DNA of 50,927 bases from Verrucomicrobiota bacterium (GTDB lineage Bacteria; Verrucomicrobiota; Verrucomicrobiia; Opitutales; Coraliomargaritaceae), in the NCBI GenBank assembly GCA_039815375.1, contig JBCBZJ010000022.1, positions 1 through 50,927 of the forward strand, written 5' to 3'. The notes under the pieces were generated by a model. The model searched no databases and was not told where the DNA came from. It saw only the letters and a program-made list of their open reading frames with translations. A program made the translations under genes and the position numbers. Of the stretch, positions 1-9,000 are shown in pieces (the first letter of the stretch is position 1; each line of letters starts with the position of its first letter).

Positions 1-2
1 AG

Positions 3-3000
3 ACTCATCATCGCCATCGCGAAATCGACATTGTTAATCGTCACGCCGATTGCATCTTCATTCACATCGTCATCATCGTCGATGTCGCCGTCACCATCTG
101 TGTCGGTCCTATATGGTCCACCAATACCAGCGAAACCATTTACGTCTTTAGCTCCTATCGTGAGTATTTCTACTTCTTGTGCTATGGTCGGCACACTGAG
201 CTCTGCTAGGAAGCCAGGCTCAATATCGACTACTGCAGTGGGCCCTAATTCAAAAGCGAACGAACCGCTAAGGTAGAGGAAGTCGAAGACCTCTATTTCA
301 GCAAACCCAATTTCCACTCCAATACGTGTGTTACCATCGAAATCAATATAGATTGGATTTTCAGGATCGCCCGTGCTGACTCGGAAGCCCGGGGGCACCC
401 CTTCATTCAGGTCGCCTGGGAAAGTGGACTCGAAGTCGAGTGCCGGATTGAACGGTGTTCCACTCCACTTCGAACCAAGGTTCAAATTGAAACGGATGTC
501 CTGTCCGGTCAGCTTCATCACTTCAGACGCACCCGCTTGGAAAGCAAATTCAGAAGCCTCCGCTGTCGCAGCGATCAACGTGGGGAAATTAGGAATTGGG
601 AATGCAGATGTGAACATGCTAACTGCAAAGTTCAAATCATCGATGGCGAAACCAAAGAAGTCATCCTGTTCGGCGAATGACTTATCAAAATCGAAGTCAC
701 CGATACCTGCAAAGGCCTTCAAGTTGGCGCCTCCTAGGCTCAATGACTCCATTGGTAGGTTCTCAATGGTAGAGAAGTTCTCACCAATAGTGACCCCAGC
801 AACACTGCCAACTGCACTGGCAAGCGAATCAAGTCCGAGCGAACCAAGGGCACTACCGAGTGTCGCTGGAATACCTGTAGCCAGATTAACATTATAGACG
901 GGGCCCTTTTCAAAAGCGAGCGATCCAGACAAGTAGAAGAAATTCGCGATGGTGACTCTCGCTTCGGCAATTTCCAAGCGGATGAGCTCGTTGCCATCGT
1001 GATTCAAGTAAGCTGGTGCGCCACCAGTCTCCACTTCAAGAGCGGGTAGCGTCACTGTGGTATCTTCCATCAATGCCGCAGCGTTCGCCGAAGTCAGTGA
1101 AACCTCATAGCCATCCAAACGGCTACCCGTGACAACCACATCTCCGATGTCGATACCATCAAGTTCTGCAAAAGCGTTTCTGATGGCATCAATGGCCTGT
1201 GCACTATTTTGGTCTGCGGTTAAATTGAAGTTCGTTGAACTTGAAGAATTCTTAATCCCAACCTCACCAAGCACGCGAGCTGGGATATAGAAGGTACCAT
1301 CGTCGTCTGCTTCGATGTCACTACGAACAGTGTTATAGATTGGACGAGCCGTCACGATATCGCCAATCAACTCACCCCCGATATTCAAATCAACTGAGAC
1401 GTCTTGTCCGAAAATCTCCATCAAGTCTTCGAACCCATAGACACCAAGTTCCTCAGCGGTAACTGCCAGCGAGAGCACCTTTTTGGGAGAGAAGAAACTT
1501 GGCAAGTCGGCTTGGTAGAATCCAAGTGCCACATCTACATTTTGAATGCCGAAGCCTACGAGGTCACCTTGCTCTGATAGTGGCACATCAAAGTTAGGCG
1601 TGCCCACTCCGACGAATATCGAGACATCTGTCGCACCGAAACTAACCCCTTCGAAGGTGACATCGGGGATCACAGAGTAATCAGTTGGATCAACACCTAG
1701 CGTATCCAACAAATCGAGGAATGTTTGAAAATCATCTCCAAGTGCAGTACTCAATACGTCTTGGATACCGGATATGTCAGACGGCAGGCTAGTTGCCATA
1801 TCCGCGGTGAACGATTCCCCTATGGTAAGCGTAAAATCACCACGCATATGGATGAAATCACCGATATTTATGCTCAGGTTCGGTAGTTCAATCGAACCAA
1901 TGATTCCATTAATACCAATCGAGAGGTTTATGTTTTTGAGACTATCAAAGCCATCGATTAACCATTGTGGTGCCCCAACAGGGAACTCAGGAACCAAGTC
2001 CAAGAGGCCGGACAACGAAATGACCGGAATGAGGTCGCCTGTGTCAGGCAATTCGAATGCGAAGTCGAATGTGGTTTCAAATTCGAAGAGATCGAAGAGT
2101 CCGATTCGGCCCGTCATTGCAACTCGAAGGAAGTTGGAGTCGTAATCGATGTTCAGGCTATCGCCAAGTGTTCCGATTGGGATATCAAGCCCCAAACCAT
2201 TATTCAAACTCGTGAAATCAACGTAGGTGAATGGGACCGGATAGCCATTGAAGAAGGCTCCATTAAATTCGAAAATAACATCTTCCGCCTCCAATGTGAC
2301 AAACGGTGATGTACCGACTAGACCGACTGAGTCAGCCGTTGCGGATAGAGCAAAGAAGTTGGCTGGTAATGTTTGGCCTCCACCTAGAGTCGGTGTTAGC
2401 ATCGCAAACGCAAAATCAAGATCGACCACTTCGAAACCAATCCTTGGTCCACCATCAATATCAATTCCGGCAAACGCATCGACATCCTGCCCCGCAATGA
2501 TCAATGCAGACGCATCAGCAGTCACCGTGGTGCCCGGCAGACGGAAATCAACATCGCTGATTGTCTTACGTTGGAAGGTGACTCCACCTTCGATCGAAAG
2601 AATGCCAGCAATTTTCGCGGTCGCAGTGCCAACCGTTGCCTCGATTAAATCAGTGGTGTAATCAAGAACGACAGGATCCGTTGTCGTGCCTGTTGCGACA
2701 CTGTAACCAGCAGTGGTACCACCTTCAGTAAGGTCCGCAGTAAAGAGTGGGTTGTTGCTGAAGTTAACACCCACCAACACATCTTGAAGTGATAAGTCGA
2801 TGATATCTTCAAAACCAACAAAACCAACTTGGTCTGCAGTGGCTTTGAGCGCAATAAACTTAGTGCCGACAACTACATTCGAAGCAGGCGCCAGGATATT
2901 TCTCTGAGCCAACATAAGCGCCATACCGAAAGTTAAGTTATCAACCACTAGACCCAGCGCATCTTCATTCGGATCACTCAGGACTCCGTTTTCAACTGTA

Positions 3001-6000
3001 CGGTAAGGACCATTCAGACCAACAAAGGCTTGAACACCACTCGCTCCGATCTCGATGCTGTTGACCTTAACATCGTCGATGCGGACGTTGCCAACAGTCG
3101 TCACACTGATGGTTGACGTAGCACCCTTGGTAAAGGCGAAGGAACCTTGTAAATAGACAAACTCAGAGATTTGAAGGATCGCTTCATCGAGACTAACTCC
3201 AATGACCTCACCAGTCATATCAAGCAGAACAGGATCACCTCCAGTTTGGACTTCGAGGCCATTTGTATCCGAGAAACTCGTAACCCAATTAATTGGTGAA
3301 GCAGCGCCACTCGCAAAATTAACATTCAATTCTGCACCCGTAACAGAGAGTTGGAAATCATCGGCATCCAATCCATATACGGCTACCGTATCAACTGAAG
3401 CACGGAGTGCAGTGTATCTAACAGCACCGGATTGAACAAGGACTAGCCCGAAGTCGATGTCCTCTGCACCAAAGCCAAAGAGGTTATCCTGCTGATCAGC
3501 AAATGGCTGGTCGAGATCCAGCGGCTCAGAAGCATAGCCAATGAAGACGTCGATATCCGCTCCACCAATAGAGAAGCCTCTAGTGTTTGTAATCGGGAGA
3601 TTGTTCTGACCAATGAGAGTTCCGAAGCTACCTTGTTCAAATGCAATTGCACCACGAAGATAGACGAATTGAGAAATGGTTAGTGTTGCCTCACCAACGT
3701 AAACCCCTATGCGCTTGCCCTTGAAATCAAACGTCACTGGTTCACCACCTGTTGGGACATCAAGCGAGTCGTCGCTAAAATCCAGTGTATTTGAAGGATG
3801 TGTCGATTGATTGAATATAATCGAAATATCCTTAGCAGACAGTTCAAACTCATCAGCATCGAACCCGTAAAGTGCCACTTCAGCAGCAGTAGCCTTCAAT
3901 GCATGATAAACAGTGCCTCCAGCATCTCGAACATTTAGATAACCGAAGCTCAGACTATCGACTCCAAAGCCATAAAGATTATCAGCTTGCTCAGCTAGGG
4001 TCTGGTCGCGATCAATGCCACCATCCGCATATCCGACGAATGCTGTGATATCGGAACCACCAACACTGAAGCCGCGAGCAGCGACAACAGGAAGTGCTGG
4101 CAAGTTCCCTGAACTCGCGCTGAGAGAGTTACCATAGTCAGCTTGCTCAAATGCGATTGCACCGGAGAAGTAAACAAAATCGCCCAAAGCCAAGGTTGCG
4201 TTGCCGAAGTAGACGCCAAGTCGTTTACCTGTGAAATCGAAGGTAACGGCTTCACCGGATCCTACAGAAAAACCGTCTTCTCCAAAGCTTTCAATGAAAT
4301 CAATCGCAGGACCATTCGCTGGAGCCATGTTTGCCTGGAAGGATGCATCGGTGAATGACAGCTCAAAGATATCTGTATCGAAACCATATACCTGCAACGT
4401 ATCCATATCAGCACGGAAGCTTGTATACGTCTTCCCCACAGTGCGGGTCAGCAAGAGTCCGAAGTCGAGGCCTTCAACACCAAATCCATAAAGGTTATCA
4501 CTTTGCTCCGCGAAAGTGAGCGAGCTATCGATACCACCATCCGCGTATCCGACGAAGGCATCAATTCCCTGTCCAGTAATAGCAAGCATCGAAGCAGAAG
4601 GAACCGGAAGGCCATTGGAAAGAACGATTGACGCGGTTGGGGTCAAGCGCTCGAAACCGAAGCGACCTTCAATATAAATGAAGTCAAACAAGCGGAAGCT
4701 CACATCGGCTTCAGCTCGAATAAATTCTCCAAGCGCACCATCCGTCGTCAGATCCACAGTCGTCGTCACTCCTGTCGCGATGCTGAATGCATTGGCACCG
4801 GAGAAATCAATGACGGTGTCATCCGAAGCTGCTTGGTTCATCTCAACAAGAACATTCGAACCCGTTGGGAGGAAGTCACTGATACCAACAAAACCAAGCG
4901 CTGAGGCTGAAGCAGTCAATGCACTCCAGCTTCTACCGGGGTCATCAGAATCATTAAAGAGCGCGAGACCGAAGCCAATGTTTTCGAGACTTAAGCCAAC
5001 CGCATCATCAGTTCCGAATCCAACACCTGCGAAGATGTTAATTGAAGCACCACCAATTGTGAGTACGTCAACATCGACCGAAGAAGCATCCGAGAGAGTT
5101 ACTGTTGCTGAAGTCTTCTCAATCGAGAGGCTTCCAGAAACGTGCACGAAATCCAAGACGTTTGCTGTCACCCCGTCGAGGAAGATTCCGATCTCACCTG
5201 CATCAATTGCCTCTTCAAAAGTATAGATTACTGGACCAACCGAAAGGACGCGGTCTGCAGCAATGCCAGTTCCGGTTTCTGATGCATACCGCACAACTAC
5301 AGTTGCAACGGTCAGTTCGGCGAGTGGTCCAAGGCCAAATTCGAATGTACCTCCACCGACTTCAAATACGAAATTATCATCGCTCGCAACTAGACCGAAG
5401 GAGGCGTCTACGATACGCGCGAAGATACTATCACTAATTTCTAAGCCAGTCGTTATTTGCGTGCCAACTGCAATAATCTCACCACCGCTTTTACTAAAAC
5501 CAAAGTTGCCAGTCAGCCCGACAAAACCAAGGACATCTGCACTAAGTCCACTCACTGCAAATGAGACAGTTCCGGCTACAGCGGCATTGCTGATAGTATA
5601 CGACTCAGTGCCAGCCACAATCACATCACCCTCATCGAAGGTGCGAGTCGCATCAGTGTATTGAACGAAGACGGAAGTCGCCTCTACGTTCGCCAAAGGT
5701 CCAAGCGCGACGTTTAAACTGCCTTGCGATATTTCAAAGCCAAAACCGTCGGCATCCACTAACATTCCGAAAGCCGCATCTTCGACCCTGACATAGACAG
5801 AATCACTTGCTTCTAAGCTAGCCGAGATTTCGGAACCCACTGCAGTGATCGCATCGCCTGATTTGCTGAAACCGATATTACCCTCAAGTGTAATAAAGTT
5901 TAGAATCTCTGCCCTGAAATCACCTAGACTGAATGCAATTGTGTTTGCCTTGATCTCGCCTGAGAAATCATAGCTGATGCCACCAACAGTTAGTGTCTCT

Positions 6001-9000
6001 TGGTCTTCAGCAATCAAAGTCACTGTATTGGTATATTGAACACTGACACTGCCAACAGTCACATTAGCGAGTGGCCCAAGCGCAACATCAAGCGTGCCAC
6101 CGCTAAACTCAAAACCAAATGTGCCCTGCCCAGCAATCAGACCAAAACCCGCATTAGAAAGTCTGACATAGACTGAGTCATTCAACTCGAGGCCTGTTCT
6201 TAAATTTGCTCCAACTGCAATAATGTCAGTGCCAGCCTTGCGGAAGCCAAGATCGCCTTCGATTGTCAGGAAGTTTACGATATCCGCGGAGAAACCGGCG
6301 ACGGCAAAGGCTACCGTGTCTGCAGCAATTTCTTCATCAAAGGTGTAGGTCAAACCTGCAGCTGAAATAGTTTTTGCATCACCACCCGCACTCACTGTTG
6401 TAGATGCATTCGTATACTGAATCAGTATCGAATCTGCGGATACATTCGCAAGCGGACCGAGCTGAAGTGCAAGGTTGCCATCACTCAATTCAAAAGCGAG
6501 TTCACCATCGCTATTGCTGAACAATCCGAAATTTGCTCCCTCCGAACGAACGTAAATACTGTCGCTCACATTTAACGAGGCAGTAATGTTTTCACCCATT
6601 CCGATAAACTCGGAAGTAGCTCCTTGGACCGTGCGACCGAAAGCAAATGTGCCACTTAAAGAAACAAAGCCAGCAACATCAATCGTCAGATCACCACGGA
6701 TTTCCTCAATATTGCCACGGCTTCCATCCATTGTGAGATCAGTGGATGATGTTGGTCCGGTCGCTACAGTGAGAGCTGTTGTTGAGAAATCGAGTGTGCT
6801 GCCATCATCGGCCACTTTATTAACGATCACACTGATATCGCCTGCAGCTAAAGTCAGCCCATCTAACCCTACGAATGCTGCGCTACTTGCGTCAGCTTGC
6901 AGTGCGGTCCACTTGCGTGCATCACCTCCCTGCTCGACTGCGAATGCGATGGCAAAATCTACATCACTCAGGTTGAAACCCAGTGAGCCGTCAATTCCAG
7001 CGAAAGCATTTACATCGTTTGCTCCAATAGTAAGGAGATCAACATCAACATCGGTGGTCGAGCCACTCTCATAAACCGAAACGGTTTCCTCAGATTTCGA
7101 GAATGCGAAATCACCATTTAGTTGGAAGAAGCCGAAAAGATCAATTGTTACGGTTCCAGAGACTTCGAGTAGCTCGCCACGGCTTCCATCCATATCCAGC
7201 GAGAAGGTTGTGCTCGGACCGGTAGCAACTTCAAGGGATTCTGTAGCGTAATCAACAACGGTTCCATCGGACGCCGCACGATTGATGGCTACTGTCAGCG
7301 CGGTTGCCGTCACGCTGACCCCATCGATGCCCGTGAATCCGTCACTGTCCGCATTTGCTTGTAAGCTGATCCAGGATCGAGTTGCCGCAGCCGACCCAAC
7401 ATTGTTTTCGGAAAGTATCGCTAGAGCGAAATCGAGATTTTGAAGACCAAATCCGACTGCATCTGCTGTCCCACCGTTAATACCGACGAACGAGTTGATG
7501 TTGGAACCACCAAAAGTTAACTTATCAACTGAAACGGTATCTCCATCGGAGAGGACGACACTATCGCTGCTCTTCTCCAAAGCAAAGCTACCGGTCAGTG
7601 TGAAGAAACCAAACAGATCTACTTCCAAATTACCGCTGGCTTCCAGCAACTCACCACGATCGGAATTCATATCCAGAGTGATGCTGCTGCTCGTTCCGGT
7701 GCTAATCGTCAGCCCCTGAGTTGAATAATCAACGAGGCGATCATCAGCACTCATCTGGTTGACCGCGACGTCAATTGTATCAGCGCTGATCTCAACACCA
7801 GGAATTCCACTGAATGTAACTTCATTGGCACTGAGTTGGAGGCTTGTCCAGAAGCGTGCGCTGTCCGCGCTATCTGATAATAAAGCAAAAGCCAAATCGA
7901 CGTTTGTTAGACTTAGGCCAATTGCATCATCCGTTCCTCCATTTAAACCTGCAAAAACAGACAGTCCACTCGAACCGAGAAGCAAGGCATCTACAGTAAC
8001 TACAGACGCGTCATCCAAAGTCACTGTTTCCGTCGAACTCGTGAAAGCAAAATCACCGGTGATGTTAACAAAGCCAAAGGCGCTCAGATTCGCACCACTT
8101 ACTTGTAGTTGCACAAACGGTGAACTTCCCGCAGCCGGCAGATCTCCAAAAGTATAGCTCGTGCCACTGACCGTCAGAGTCTCTCCTGTAAGATCAGTGT
8201 CGGTCTCATTGACTTTGAAAACGACGGAGTCAGCACTGAGTTCTAGATCAGCAGGCAAATCGCTGAAAATGGATCCCTGCACTTCAAGAGCCATCGTGCC
8301 CGCATCATCAAAAAGTAAACCAAATGATCCATTCGTGACACCCACTTCAAAATCACCGACTTGAATACCTGCTTCAATATCTGCACCAACTGCGGTGAGT
8401 GTATTCTCAACTCCATCCGCCTCAAAAGCAAAGTCACCTCTTATATAGACACTACTCAGCAGGCTGGCTTCCAAGCCGATCAATTCTACAACAGTAAGAT
8501 CCGTGGAAGCTGCGACATCCTGGAAAGTGTAGGTCTGAGAATCGATTTCGATTTCTTCACCTGTCCAAAGAGCACCGGTCGTGTTGATACGCAAGATAGC
8601 TTCGTCTGCTGAAACCGATGCGATAGGCCCACCGTCAAAGAAAACCGATCCGGATGCTTCCAGCGCAAAGCCGTCTTCGTTAATCACGATTCCGAATGCA
8701 CCACTGTCCAGACCAACGGTGACTGGTCCCGTCCCAAGCCGAGCGCTTACATTTGATCCAATCGCGCGAATCTCATTGGACACTTTTCTAAATGCCAAGT
8801 TTCCACTGAAGGAAGCTACGCTGAACGCTCCCGCTGAAAATCCTGTGACCTGAAAGAGAACAGTATCCGCAGAAATGGCCTCTTCGAATATGTAGCTGAT
8901 CCCTCCAACTTCGATAGAACTGTTAGCAGCGATAGAGGTGTTGATATCTGTATAACGAAGGACGACACCAGTTGCTGATACATTTGTGAGTCCTGCAACA